Shown: positions 1-10,667, counted from the whole stretch's first letter. The stretch: DNA of 63,674 nucleotides, filler included, from Nitrospinae bacterium RIFCSPLOWO2_12_FULL_45_22 (GCA_001803565.1; 5 parts of 5 records of this genome joined end to end with filler, not necessarily neighbours in it); one strand, 5' to 3'. Notes: generated by a model from the letters alone, not told the origin. A program made the numbers and translations.

Positions 1-25
1 CTTTTAACTCTTTTGCTGTTTCCAT
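1..25 (-). CDS. 5' end of a gene running off the window (METAKELK...)
   Basis: ATG at 25 preceded by a GGGAGGGG RBS-like sequence on the minus strand; same orientation as the upstream cluster. Confidence 0.5.
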
Positions 26-122
26 ATGACCCCTCCCAAAATCAATTCTTTCAGTCTTAGCTGTTTAGTCTTTATTGCTATATTTATTGAAATATAACAG
101 TTCAGCCCCTATCGAAAATGAA

Positions 123-257
123 TGTCATTCCGACCCCTTCGCCCCTGTAATTCCGAGCGAAGCGAGGAATCTTTTATTGGAGCTCAGGGTAAACTCCGGG
201 TGGAATCTTTATTTACCTCTGGACTGGGAAAGATTTCTCGCTGCGCTCGAAATGACA
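123..257. repeat. REP-like intergenic inverted repeat
   Basis: TGTAATTCCGAGCGAAGCGAGGAATCT ... AGATTTCTCGCTGCGCTCGAAATGACA are imperfect reverse complements. Confidence 0.7.
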
Positions 258-542
258 AAGAACCTGAACTGTTACACGAGAATTTAATGAATCATATAAA
301 GCACATTATACTTGTATTTCTATCACAGCCCTACCAGCGGCATGGGGGAACGTACCCAGCAGTCCGGTGCATGTTCTGTACGGATGCTTACCGAGTTTCA
401 TAAGAAACACCGGCCTGCATATCCGAGGATGAACTCCAAGAATATTTCTTCTACCGCAAAAACGTCAATAAGTAGTCCCCTCAACACCATGCGCATTTGT
501 TACTGTGTAATCTGCCTCTTCTATGTCAAGGTGTTCAAACGG

Positions 543-1757
543 CTAAGGAAGGCCAATAATGGTTACATTACAGGCAAATTTTCCTGGATGTCCTCCCTGG
601 TTATGGGCCAGGGCGAGCCTTTGATCTGTCTTCCATTTCTTCTTCTGGCGAGAAGGTTCCTGCGCCCTTCCTTGAATTTGTTTGTAGTTTTCATAGGTCT
701 CCCGGCAGCCGCTTGCGCCTATGGGATGGCCGAAGGATTTCAAGCCACCGCTGATATTGACTGGCATCTCTCCTTCGAGGTAATAGGCATCCATATCAGA
801 CATCTGTTCTTTATATTTCCCTTGTTCACAAAGGAGGAGTGATTCGGTCGCTATAAGCTCCGCAATAGAGAAACAATCGTGGAGTTCAACCAAATCTATT
901 TCCTTCCGTGGGTCTTTTATCCCTGCCTGTTCATATGCCTGTCTGACCGCACCTTCTGTTTCATCCCACCAGGTAAAATCGTAATCGGTTAAAACCTTTC
1001 CCATGCCCGGACCTGAAGCGGCGCCGAAACCCTTAAACACAACATAATCATCCCTGAAATTTTTGGCATCTTCGGTCCGACAAAGTATAGCTGCTGAGGC
1101 ACCATCGGTTACTCCGCAGCAATCAAACAATCCCAGGGGCCAGGAAATCATTGGTGCCTTTATGACTTGTTCTTCGGTTATCTCTCTCCGGAGGTGGGCT
1201 TTGGGATTTCTGGCGCCATAATGATGGCTCTTCACGGAAATTTTTGCCAATAGCTTCTTCCCTTCTTCTGGGGTTAGACTGTATTTAGCGAAATAACTGG
1301 TTGCGGCTAATGCATAACGCGTGGGTGCACTCACACCATAGAAGTAGACCGGTCGCCATGCCTCTGTGCCGCTTGTCGTCGGGCCAGTGGCTAATCCACC
1401 AAAACCCACATCTTTCATCTTCTCGGCCCCAATAACAAGGACAAGGTCGAATGCCTTGGCAATCAGCGCGTAACAAGCATTTCTCAGCGCCTCCTGCCCT
1501 GTGCCACAGGCATTTTCCACCCGGGTACAAGGTTTGGATCCCAGTTTCAAGGGAGAGGCTAAAGTCCCAGCGGCAGTGGTGTTGTACATGGTTCCAATCC
1601 AGGCCGCTTGAATATCATTTGACCCTATGCCGGCGTCTTCATATGCCTCATAAGCGGCCTCGATGACTAAATCCTCAATGCCTACATCCCATCTCTCCCC
1701 AAATTGGGTGCACCCCATACCAACTATAGCAACTTTGTCTTTAATGCTTTCTGCCAT
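543..1757 (-). CDS. Thiolase-family protein (SCP-x/non-canonical acetyl-CoA acetyltransferase)
   Basis: VENACGTG, ELHDCFS, NISGGLKSFGHPIGASG thiolase motifs. Confidence 0.9.
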   Translation of the reverse strand: MAESIKDKVAIVGMGCTQFGERWDVGIEDLVIEAAYEAYEDAGIGSNDIQAAWIGTMYNTTAAGTLASPLKLGSKPCTRVENACGTGQEALRNACYALIAKAFDLVLVIGAEKMKDVGFGGLATGPTTSGTEAWRPVYFYGVSAPTRYALAATSYFAKYSLTPEEGKKLLAKISVKSHHYGARNPKAHLRREITEEQVIKAPMISWPLGLFDCCGVTDGASAAILCRTEDAKNFRDDYVVFKGFGAASGPGMGKVLTDYDFTWWDETEGAVRQAYEQAGIKDPRKEIDLVELHDCFSIAELIATESLLLCEQGKYKEQMSDMDAYYLEGEMPVNISGGLKSFGHPIGASGCRETYENYKQIQGRAQEPSRQKKKWKTDQRLALAHNQGGHPGKFACNVTIIGLP

Positions 1758-1772
1758 TTTTCCCCTCCCTTG

Positions 1773-3191
1773 CTATACTCTTATTGGTCGTGGCTTCCAG
1801 CAATAGTTGTGGATGCCCGATCCGTCATGAAGGTTTCTTAATGTCATTTCTACCCTCATACCCACGCTGACCTTTCCTGGTTCACGATCGGTCAATACGC
1901 CAACATACCTCCCTCCCCCCTCAAGGTCAATCACGCAACTGATACTGGGCAAATCTTTCACCATAGCCCTTTCGTCCATAGCAAAGCTGAAAACAGTTCC
2001 TTGTTTATCCGAAAGCCTCACCTCTTCATAATCATCTTTAGTCCGGCAAACGGCACACACCCGCTGTATGGGATGCTGAATAGTGCCGCAACTCCGGCAC
2101 TTCCCTCCATGAAACCTGAGAAATTGGTTGCGTTCTCTCCATAGGGATGCGAGAGAGGAAATATCTGGTGGCCTGCGCTCAGCCTCCCACACCATCAGAT
2201 CACGAAAGAGGAGGTATTTGCCATAATTGGAAAGCTTGAGTTTTGAGTCAAGATGGCGTTTTATTCCACGCCTGTCTTTCATTTTTTCAATGTTTTCAGT
2301 AACGCTCAAACTGAAGGCATCAGCACCATCGCTATAGTTTGCAAGCAAAATCTTATCGCCCGGCTTTGCCTCTTCCAATGCCGCAATCAGCATCATGGGG
2401 GCAAGGGCACAGCCCGTATGACCCACACTGTCAAATAGAGGCTCCTGTATCTTTTTCGGATCTAACCCCAATATCTTAACCATTGCTGCGTGCCTCCTTG
2501 CATCTGGGGCGTACAGGACGAACTTAGAAAAATCTTCTTTGGCCAACTTATGCTTAGTCATTAAGCCCTTAATAGCCCGGGGAAGATGTTTCTCATAACC
2601 CTCTTCAATGATAAACCTGTCTTCCCAGGTGAGCAGATAGGTATCCTTCTCCTTTCTCCACCCGTCCATGAACTCACTATAGATGGTGTAGGTTCCGTCT
2701 ATTTCTACAGCAACATCTGTATCGCCCAGAATGATCGCCGCAGCTCCATCACCAAAGAGCGGTTCGGAACCAGAGTTAGGAGCAGGGAGACGGCAATCGG
2801 CAGTGGCGATGACTACCCTCTTTGCCGTTCCGCTTTTCACCGCTTCAGTACCTGCTTTCAAGGCGCTGGTTCCCGCCCGGAGAGAATTGGTAAAGTCAGC
2901 CGTGAAAAATTCCCCATCTACAGGAAAATCGAGTCCAGCGGCTATGATACTGGCACATTGCTTTTCTCGGTAAGGGGGGGTGTTTGAGGCAAAATAGAGG
3001 CCATCCGCCTGACGCTCCATGCTGCCCAGCGCGTCAATACAAGCTTCCACGGCCATCGTTATGGTATCTTCATCGAAGTTCGCGACTGCTTTTTCCCCTC
3101 TCCCTGTGGTGCCGCCCCAAACCTGGGCCAACAACTCCCGACTCATGCGGTATATCGGTATGTAAGCACCATAAGAAATTATTCCTACCAT
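1773..3191 (-). CDS. HMG-CoA synthase-like protein fused to a Zn-ribbon/OB-fold (DUF35-type) domain
   Basis: N-terminal GIISYGAYIP, DEDTITMAVEA, GDGAAA; C-terminal CRSC...CAVC plus OB-fold; adjacent to thiolase. Confidence 0.85.
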   Translation of the reverse strand: MVGIISYGAYIPIYRMSRELLAQVWGGTTGRGEKAVANFDEDTITMAVEACIDALGSMERQADGLYFASNTPPYREKQCASIIAAGLDFPVDGEFFTADFTNSLRAGTSALKAGTEAVKSGTAKRVVIATADCRLPAPNSGSEPLFGDGAAAIILGDTDVAVEIDGTYTIYSEFMDGWRKEKDTYLLTWEDRFIIEEGYEKHLPRAIKGLMTKHKLAKEDFSKFVLYAPDARRHAAMVKILGLDPKKIQEPLFDSVGHTGCALAPMMLIAALEEAKPGDKILLANYSDGADAFSLSVTENIEKMKDRRGIKRHLDSKLKLSNYGKYLLFRDLMVWEAERRPPDISSLASLWRERNQFLRFHGGKCRSCGTIQHPIQRVCAVCRTKDDYEEVRLSDKQGTVFSFAMDERAMVKDLPSISCVIDLEGGGRYVGVLTDREPGKVSVGMRVEMTLRNLHDGSGIHNYCWKPRPIRV

Positions 3192-3583
3192 GTTTCGTCT
3201 CCTTCTATCATGATGGTCCTGTCTCCCTCAATAGCTATCACATTCCTTCCCCTTTTCGGTTGAGGCTGTTTTCAGCCTTTTCAAGTTGCTATAGCTATGG
3301 TTAATCCAAGAGAGACATCTATTGCAGGGGCCTTCCTGGCCTCTTCCCAGAACTTCTCATTCCGTATATCCACAGGTTTGGAAATCAGAAAGACATGTCG
3401 CCCAGCCCTTTCGGGTTGATCAAGGCTAAAGGCTTGTGGGACATGCTCGGTGATCACTGTGGTAAATTTTTGCTTTTTGCGGGGGAGTCAGTATTATCAG
3501 GAATTTTGTTTATAGCCTTTTTAAGTCTGCAAAGAGACATTAAATTTTCCCCAGTTTAGAGAGATATTAGCTTTTTTAATATT

Positions 3584-3710
3584 GCTACAGAGGCCCAGAG
3601 AACGCAGAGGAAGGGTAGTTGCAGAGCCCGGGTACCCCATGGGTGCTGCTTAAACTTTTACCTTTATGGCAGGGCAAGGCCCTGCTGCTACTCTGTGTCC
3701 TCTGTGGCTA
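3584..3710. repeat. Intergenic palindromic (REP-like) element
   Basis: GCTACAGAGGCCCAGAG ... CTCTGTGTCCTCTGTGGCTA inverted arms with internal hairpins. Confidence 0.55.
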
Positions 3711-3772
3711 AATGTCTGAAAAGTTTTAGGGAAAAACTTTTGTCTCTAAATTTTGCTCAAACAAAATTTCTA

Positions 3773-5578
3773 TTAAATCAACCGCATTCTGAATTCCTGT
3801 ATAGGCCCAGGGGTCGTCCCTTTGGGGGCCCAAATATTATCAACGTATCCCAGGAGTTTCTTGAAGGTATCTTCTTTAAACCCCCGAAAATTTCTATAGA
3901 ATTCATATTTCTTATCCCTTACCGGATAAACGACTTTATAGGGAGACCCGTTTTCCCCTTTTCCGTTTTTCTCATAGATATACATCTTGAAAGGTTCCTG
4001 CTTAGGGTGGCGATTTTGGGGATCAATATGCTCCTGAAGTTTTGCCTGGAAGGCCTTGGTCAGGACATAATAGGACATGATCTCCTGAGATGGGGTGGGT
4101 TTCCCGAAGTTCTTTATGTACCGCTCCTCGGTCTGCCTAATTCTACGTCGCACCAGACCATTGGGGGCAAAATGTTCACAGGCCCGGATCATGGGATAGA
4201 GCATTTCAGCACCCTCTTTATGAAGCCCGGCCCGCTGGTCTCGCAATAAGGGGTTATTAGATGCCCGACACCAGTCGTAACCATTGAGCTCTACCTTGAG
4301 CTGCCGCATTACCGTGGGGCCCCAGGTATGATAAAATTTACGATAGCCCTCTAAGATTAGATGCTCAATCTCATGGGGCTCAAAATTCTTATGCTTATAG
4401 CCACCTCCATAGAAATTTATATCGACCCAGGGGACATCATATACCCGCCCTTCTTCCTGGAGCCGGTCCCAGAGGGGAGTGCCGGGAAAGGGAAAGACCC
4501 GACTGATCTGGTGGGTGGTCATCTCACAGGCAACATAATAATTGATATCCTCCAGGATATTTACCCGGTCATGGAAATCAAACCCCAACATCAGACCGCC
4601 ACTACAAGATATCCCCCTCTTTAGAAGGCTATGGATAGTATCCTTGGCATCTCCTGTCCTCTTCTGATAGCCTTCCTTGGGGGCAAACTTTGACTCCACA
4701 CCGATAAAGGTGGCCTTAAATCCATTCAAAGGTAATTCATCAAAGTCGTACTGGCTCAGGGACTCTACGCTACTGGGTGATACCCAATTGATTTTCCTGA
4801 GACCAAACTCGGTATCTTCCTGGATAAGCCGGCCTACTTCCCGAACCTCATTGGTATATTTCAACCAATCTTCATCATAGATACTCACCATTATCGTATC
4901 GGGATAGGTCCGATAGACCTTTTTTATATCCTCAAAGATTTTATCTGGGGGAGAGATCTGAATTCGGTTATTGTCGTGCATCTCTGTCGTCGCGCAAAAA
5001 TCACAGGCACTGGGACAGCCCAACCCCGCGGTAACCCATCCCATATTCCCTTTAGGATGATGATCTATCCAGGGAAGATTATCGCCACAGCGTGGTAAAA
5101 GGTTTTGGGTAATGGGGGCATCGACTGGTTCTCCCAGCAGCTTGCGGAAGAAACTGACCCCTTCTCCCTTACAAATATAATCCGCATGCTCTTTCTTGAA
5201 ATCCTCTGGATAATAGGCATTGAGGGCCAGGGCCCCATAATGGCCCAGGACAATCTTGCTCTGGGGAGATAACTTACGGATCATCTTGCACATATCCAGA
5301 GTGATATCCATACAGGTCTGGAAAAAGCTTATCCCCACAAAGTCATATCCTTTTTTTACCTCTTTTTCAAAATAGTCCCAGGTAGGGTACTCCAGGAAGA
5401 TCGAGGGTACGGAGATATTCTGGGCAATGGTATGTACCCCCTGGCAGTGGACATGACCACTCAAGGTAAAGATATCCTGCTGCTGCGTGAAGCGCTGGAA
5501 GGAAATATCAGTCAAGGATACATTATTAAACTGGATGGGATAGGGCTGGCAGGGAGTAGAAAATAATATCTTCGTCAT
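3773..5578 (-). CDS. Cobalamin-binding-type radical SAM protein (paralog 2)
   Basis: CPSACDFC CxxxCxxC motif after an N-terminal B12-binding-like domain; start moved to ATG 5578 (GAGGAAGG RBS; MTKILFSTPCQPYP aligns with the paralog start). Confidence 0.8.
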   Translation of the reverse strand: MTKILFSTPCQPYPIQFNNVSLTDISFQRFTQQQDIFTLSGHVHCQGVHTIAQNISVPSIFLEYPTWDYFEKEVKKGYDFVGISFFQTCMDITLDMCKMIRKLSPQSKIVLGHYGALALNAYYPEDFKKEHADYICKGEGVSFFRKLLGEPVDAPITQNLLPRCGDNLPWIDHHPKGNMGWVTAGLGCPSACDFCATTEMHDNNRIQISPPDKIFEDIKKVYRTYPDTIMVSIYDEDWLKYTNEVREVGRLIQEDTEFGLRKINWVSPSSVESLSQYDFDELPLNGFKATFIGVESKFAPKEGYQKRTGDAKDTIHSLLKRGISCSGGLMLGFDFHDRVNILEDINYYVACEMTTHQISRVFPFPGTPLWDRLQEEGRVYDVPWVDINFYGGGYKHKNFEPHEIEHLILEGYRKFYHTWGPTVMRQLKVELNGYDWCRASNNPLLRDQRAGLHKEGAEMLYPMIRACEHFAPNGLVRRRIRQTEERYIKNFGKPTPSQEIMSYYVLTKAFQAKLQEHIDPQNRHPKQEPFKMYIYEKNGKGENGSPYKVVYPVRDKKYEFYRNFRGFKEDTFKKLLGYVDNIWAPKGTTPGPIQEFRMRLI

Positions 5579-5750
5579 GATACCTTCCTCCGTTACAATG
5601 AAAAAAGCGTTGAAGATGACTGCTATAGGCCCTCTGTTAGAACTGGGGATCGCGGGAGTAGGAATCAGGATGGGGAAATCAGAAAGTTTACCCCACACCT
5701 GATCACTCACCCCTGTTGCTGATAGCTGATGCTAAATGCTTACAAAGGTC

Positions 5751-7559
5751 TTAGAGCAGTTTAAATTTTACCGATGAAGAGATAGCAGGAGATTCCTCGG
5801 CCTCTGCTATGCGATCCTTATCCAGGAAAGGCATGAGCTTACCCAAGGCCCCTTCCTTTATCCCCCTCCATGCCTGGTAAAACTCATATCCACGATCCCT
5901 TACTGGATAGAGGACTTTGTATGGCGCCCCGTTTTTCCCTTGGCCATTCTTTTCATAGATATAGACCTTGAAGGGTTCCTGCTTGGGATGCCGGTTGCGG
6001 GGGTCTATAGCCTCTTGGATCTTGGCCCGGAAGGCCTCAGCCAGGACAAAGTAGGACATTACCTCCTGAGATCGACGGGGTTTGCCAAAAAGCTTGATAT
6101 AGCGCTCCTGAGTTTGCCTGATCCTCCTCCTTACCAGTCCGTTTGGCGCAAAGTGTTCACAGGCCCTAATCATAGGGAATAGCATCTGAGCGGTCTCCTG
6201 ATGCAATCCAGCACGCTCTTGCCTCAACAGTTTATTATTACTGGCCCGACACCATTCGTAGCCATTTAATTCCACCTTTAGCAGACGCATAACAGTAGGA
6301 CCCCAGGTCTCATAAAACTTTCGATAGCCTTCAAGGGTTAAACTCTCGAGTTCATGAGGCTCAAAATTTCGATATTTCATTCCCCCACCATAGAAGCTCT
6401 GGTCTACCCATGGTATATCATACAACCTATCTTCTTCCTTTAGGCGGTGCCAGAGAGGTGTCCCGGGAAAAGGCGAAACCCGGCTGATTTGGTGGTTGGT
6501 CATCTCACAGGCTATATAATAGTTTATATCCTCCAGGATATTAACCCGATCATGGAAATCAAATCCCAACATCAGACCACCAGAGCAAGTTATCCCTCTG
6601 CTTAAAAGCTGGTGGATGGTGTCTTTGGCTTCTCCTGCCCTCTTCTGGTAACCTTCTGTAGGGGCAAATTTTGACTCTACGCCGATAAATGTTGCCTTAA
6701 AGCCAGTGAGGGGTAATTCGTCCCATGCGTACTGGCTCAAAGACTCGACACTGCTGGCCGCTACAAAGTTAATCTTTCTCAGGCCAAATTCGGTATCTTC
6801 TTGAATAAGTCTACCGAGCTCACGGACTTCCTCGGTATATTTGAGCCAATCTTCATCATAAATTATTATTCCCATGGTTTCAGGAAAAGTCTGATAGACC
6901 CTTTTTATCTCCTCAAATAATTTATCTGGCGGATAGAGCTGTATCCTTTCATTCGCATGCATCTCGGTAGTGGCACAAAAATCGCAGGCACTGGGGCAGC
7001 CTAGACCAGCAACCACAAACCCCACCGCCCCCCGGGGGTGCTTATCTAACCAGGGTAAGTTATCACTGCACCGAGGAAATTGTCGCTGTTCAATGGGGGC
7101 ATCAATAGCTTCTCCCAGCAATTGCCGGAAGAAGGATACTCCTTCACCAATGCAGACATAGTCAGCATGTTCCCGTTTAAAATCCTCTGGAAAGAAGGCA
7201 TTAAAGGCCAGGGCGCCATAATGTCCTAACACTATCTTGGTATGGGGGGATAGTCTTCGGATCATCCGGCACATATCCAACACGATATCCATACAGGTCT
7301 GAAAAAAAGTGATTCCAATGAAATCGTACTCTTTTCTGACTTCCTTTTCAAAGTAGTCCCAGGTAGGATATTCCAAGAAGATGGAAGGGGCGGAGATGTT
7401 CTGGGCAATTAAATGGGTTCCGTGGCAATGCATATGGCCACTCATGGTAAAGATATCCTGTTGTTGGGTGAATCGCTGAGAAGAGGCATCGGTTAAAGAG
7501 ACATTGTTGAATTGCGTTGGGTAAGGCTGGCAGGGGGTGCTAAATAATATCTTGGGCAT
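5751..7559 (-). CDS. Cobalamin-binding-type radical SAM protein (paralog 1)
   Basis: CPSACDFC motif; colinear and highly similar to 3773..5578; AAGGAGG RBS. Confidence 0.8.
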   Translation of the reverse strand: MPKILFSTPCQPYPTQFNNVSLTDASSQRFTQQQDIFTMSGHMHCHGTHLIAQNISAPSIFLEYPTWDYFEKEVRKEYDFIGITFFQTCMDIVLDMCRMIRRLSPHTKIVLGHYGALAFNAFFPEDFKREHADYVCIGEGVSFFRQLLGEAIDAPIEQRQFPRCSDNLPWLDKHPRGAVGFVVAGLGCPSACDFCATTEMHANERIQLYPPDKLFEEIKRVYQTFPETMGIIIYDEDWLKYTEEVRELGRLIQEDTEFGLRKINFVAASSVESLSQYAWDELPLTGFKATFIGVESKFAPTEGYQKRAGEAKDTIHQLLSRGITCSGGLMLGFDFHDRVNILEDINYYIACEMTNHQISRVSPFPGTPLWHRLKEEDRLYDIPWVDQSFYGGGMKYRNFEPHELESLTLEGYRKFYETWGPTVMRLLKVELNGYEWCRASNNKLLRQERAGLHQETAQMLFPMIRACEHFAPNGLVRRRIRQTQERYIKLFGKPRRSQEVMSYFVLAEAFRAKIQEAIDPRNRHPKQEPFKVYIYEKNGQGKNGAPYKVLYPVRDRGYEFYQAWRGIKEGALGKLMPFLDKDRIAEAEESPAISSSVKFKLL

Positions 7560-7828
7560 GATCTATCCCTCCTTAGCAATGTGAAGCCATAATATCGCCA
7601 CATGAATCCTACCAGACGATTGGTCAATTATTATGGCCAGTTACATATTCAAGATTATCTGTTCATATCTCGAATAATAGTTCAGAATATATAATGTCGA
7701 AAAAATTGTCAAGAAGTTATTTTGGAATACTCAACACCCAGTGACAGGTTTATGACCCAGGGGGTCATAAAAACTTCCATAAGAAGGCAAAAAATTTTTA
7801 ATACCAAAGTTATGGTTTGTTTCTCCTA

Positions 7829-9148
7829 TTAAATTATCTTCTCCCCTTTTAGTCCCTCCAGATCTCCTCCCGTCAGGCCCAAATACTTGCCATAAATATA
7901 TTCATTATCAGCACCTATAGGCTTAGCAACCGTCTTGATGCGCGGTGGCGTCTTAGAGAAGCGAATAGGGAGGGGAGAGACGGTCATTTTTCCATAGTAA
8001 GGATCGTCAAAGTCTATGACAGAACCCCTAGCCCGATAATGGGGTTCCTGGCATATGTCTTTTGCATTCATCACCGGGGCACAGACGAAAGAGTATCTAT
8101 CCGCTATTTCCCGCAACTCATCCCGTGTGTATTGGCTAATCCAGGTATCGATGGTTGCCATGAGCTCCTCCTGATTTTCTACCCGTTCGTAATTGTTCAG
8201 AAAGCGGGGGTCATTTTTTAATTCCGGTTTTCCCATGGCCTCACACAGATTATGGAATATCTTATTGCTTCCACAGCCAATAATTACATACCCATCACTG
8301 CACTTTGTTACATAATAAGGGGCGACCACATCGTTTTTGTTACCCCGGCGCTCAAAAATATCCTTAAAGACACTATATCTAACCAGGGTATAATCCGAAA
8401 TCCTTATTAGTCCTTCAATCTGAGAAAATTCAATAAATTGTCCTTCACCCGTCTTTTCCCGATAATAAAGGGCAGCCATAATAGCAGCAAAACCCCAAAT
8501 AGCCCCTACTGTATCACCGATCCCTAATGACTGGGTGGGAATACCGGGATATTTGGGGTCATCTTCAGGAAAGCCAGTCGCATAAAGCTTACCTCCATAT
8601 GCCTGGGCCAGCAGATCATAAGAGATCATATCTGCTTTAGGTCCCCATTGTCCCGGTCCATTGGTAGCCAGATAGATAAGACGGGGGTTTTCTTTGTTTA
8701 GATGACGATACCCTAATCCCCACTTATCCATAGCCCCTGCCCGGAGGTTTTCGAGAATGACATCGGTATCAGGCATTAGGGCAAACTTCTTAAATATTTC
8801 CTGACCTTTCTGGGTAGTTATATCGAGTGTGACATGATATTTATTTCTCGCAGTGGTAAAGGTAATCAAATTCGATCCCTTTATTTCATGCTTCCTAGAA
8901 CCAGCATAGCGGATAGTATCGCCACCCATAGGGAGATTCTGACGATTTCCTGGCGGCAACTCAAATTTTATAACCTCAGCCCCTAACTCTGCCATAAAAC
9001 AGGAAACCATAGGACCGTTTAAGGCAGTGGCGACCTCAAGTACCCTTACCCCTTTTAACAATTCAGGCTTTTCCCTGACTTTGGATGGATCAAACATAGA
9101 CCTGGCATAATCATGATACTCTTCCTTTTTCCATTCACTCTTTTGCAT
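7829..9148 (-). CDS. Family III CoA-transferase (CaiB/BaiF)
   Basis: LKGVRVLE, LGAEVIKFE, DVILENLRAG, GPGQWGP...YDLLAQA. Confidence 0.9.
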   Translation of the reverse strand: MQKSEWKKEEYHDYARSMFDPSKVREKPELLKGVRVLEVATALNGPMVSCFMAELGAEVIKFELPPGNRQNLPMGGDTIRYAGSRKHEIKGSNLITFTTARNKYHVTLDITTQKGQEIFKKFALMPDTDVILENLRAGAMDKWGLGYRHLNKENPRLIYLATNGPGQWGPKADMISYDLLAQAYGGKLYATGFPEDDPKYPGIPTQSLGIGDTVGAIWGFAAIMAALYYREKTGEGQFIEFSQIEGLIRISDYTLVRYSVFKDIFERRGNKNDVVAPYYVTKCSDGYVIIGCGSNKIFHNLCEAMGKPELKNDPRFLNNYERVENQEELMATIDTWISQYTRDELREIADRYSFVCAPVMNAKDICQEPHYRARGSVIDFDDPYYGKMTVSPLPIRFSKTPPRIKTVAKPIGADNEYIYGKYLGLTGGDLEGLKGEKII

Positions 9149-9230
9149 ATTCCTATCCTCCCATTATGCCCCAACCTCGGGGGTTTGGCTTACTATTTGA
9201 CAAATCCATATGGAATAAAAAAAAGGGGGT

Positions 9231-9251
9231 ATTCACTTGACTCAAGTGAAT
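9231..9251 (-). promoter_or_regulatory. Perfect palindrome in the CoA-transferase leader (operator or terminator stem)
   Basis: ATTCACTTGA-C-TCAAGTGAAT; on the minus strand it is followed by ACCCCC and a T8 tract. Confidence 0.45.
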
Positions 9252-9684
9252 TTTCCCTAACATATTGAACTTATTGGGTTTCTGTACATTTCATTGTGTG
9301 AGGCCAGGATGTGTAATAAGTCTCTATATTTCAATAAGTTAGCTGTTGCATACTTGAACAAAGGGGATACCCCCTTTAAAAAAATAAAAAACATATGGGA
9401 GGAATCACCTATCAGTGGTGAATGAGACAGAAGAAACAACGGGCATGTCCAGGTACCGGTACTGGGGGAGGTGAGCTAGCACTGATATTTCTTTGTTTTT
9501 GGCGAAAGCTGGCAGTCGAACGGTCGCTTCAAAAGTGCAGACTGGTGATTACTCCTCATCAACTCAACAACCAGTGAAAATCTGGATTCAAAGACCAATT
9601 AATTATTTGAATAATGAGGTATTCGAACAGCTAGTCGAATTTTATTATATCCTTGTGTGATATGTCAACCTCTTATTATGTTTT

Positions 9685-9768
9685 TGTCAAGCCAAAATAG
9701 AAATGTCCTCTTTTTACCAAAATAGAAATGTCCGGTTTTAAGGTACTGGAAGTATCCGTTCTCTCTCC
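9685..9768. mobile_element. Terminal inverted repeat of an IS (ISNCY/IS1202-like) at the contig end
   Basis: Starts TGT and carries two direct copies of CCAAAATAGAAATGTCC (9692-9708, 9717-9733); the contig breaks right after. Confidence 0.6.
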
Positions 9769-9868
9769 NNNNNNNNNNNNNNNNNNNNNNNNNNNNNNNN
9801 NNNNNNNNNNNNTTAATTAATTAANNNNNNNNNNNNNNNNNNNNNNNNNNNNNNNNNNNNNNNNNNNN
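9769..9868. other. Artificial contig spacer
   Basis: N-run with TTAATTAATTAA six-frame stop linker. Confidence 0.98.
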
Positions 9869-10627
9869 CAGGCCGAGAGACTTTGCCCCTACCACGGCCC
9901 GCGCCGCATCAAAGAATTTCATCACTACCCTAAAACCCTCTCCTTCACCGGCTATACGGTTAGCAGCCGGGATTCTGGCATCCTCCAGGATAAGCTCTAC
10001 ATTAGGGATGCCGCGGAAGCCCATCTTGTCTTCTTTTTTGCCAACACTGACCCCCGGGGTGCCTTTCTCTAAAATAAAGGCCGTGATCCCATCCACCCCT
10101 TTGCTGGGGTCGGTCTTAGTAAAAAGGGTGATAAAATCGGCAATGTCACCCATAGTACAAAAGCATTTCCGCCCATTCACGATATAATAATCCCCGTCCC
10201 TGATAGCCCTGGTAGTGAGGGCACCGGCATCAGAGCCAGCATTAGGCTCGGTCAGGGCAATACCGGAAAACTTTGTGCCCGTAGCCAGTTGGGTAAGGAA
10301 GCGTTCCCGCTGTTCTTCAGTACCAGCCTTTTCCAGCAACAATACGCTGGTTAGGGGTGTGTTGGCCACAAGAGTGGTTACAGCCAGGGAAACCTTGGCT
10401 ATCTCTTCTACTACCAGACCCAGGGTAGTGAGGCTCTTTACCCCCGGGCCGCCATACTTCTCTGGTACCATCAACTGCACCAGGCCCTGTTTTCCTAAAA
10501 GCTCGGCAATGTCCCAGGGGAATTCATCCGTAGCATCTATCTCCGCAGTCCTTGGGGCGATCTTTTCTGAGGCAATGCGCTTGACAGTCTTTAATAGGAG
10601 TTCTTGTTCACTGGTAAGTTCTAACAC
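9869..10627 (-). CDS. Acyl-CoA dehydrogenase (3' truncated by contig end)
   Basis: ALTEPNAGSDA, NGRKCFCT, GKKEDKMGFRG motifs. Confidence 0.92.
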
Positions 10628-10667
10628 TCCCCTCCCCCCGCATCAGCGAATGTCCGAATAGTATAAC

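Noticed and set aside
290-540. Possible riboswitch downstream of the thiolase
   Set aside because: No recognisable aptamer consensus by eye
5579-5710. 44-aa N-terminal extension of radical SAM paralog 2
   Set aside because: Paralog alignment and RBS support ATG 5578
9769-9868. TTAATTAATTAA motif repeated four times within N-runs
   Set aside because: Artificial contig linker; adjacency across these points has no biological meaning
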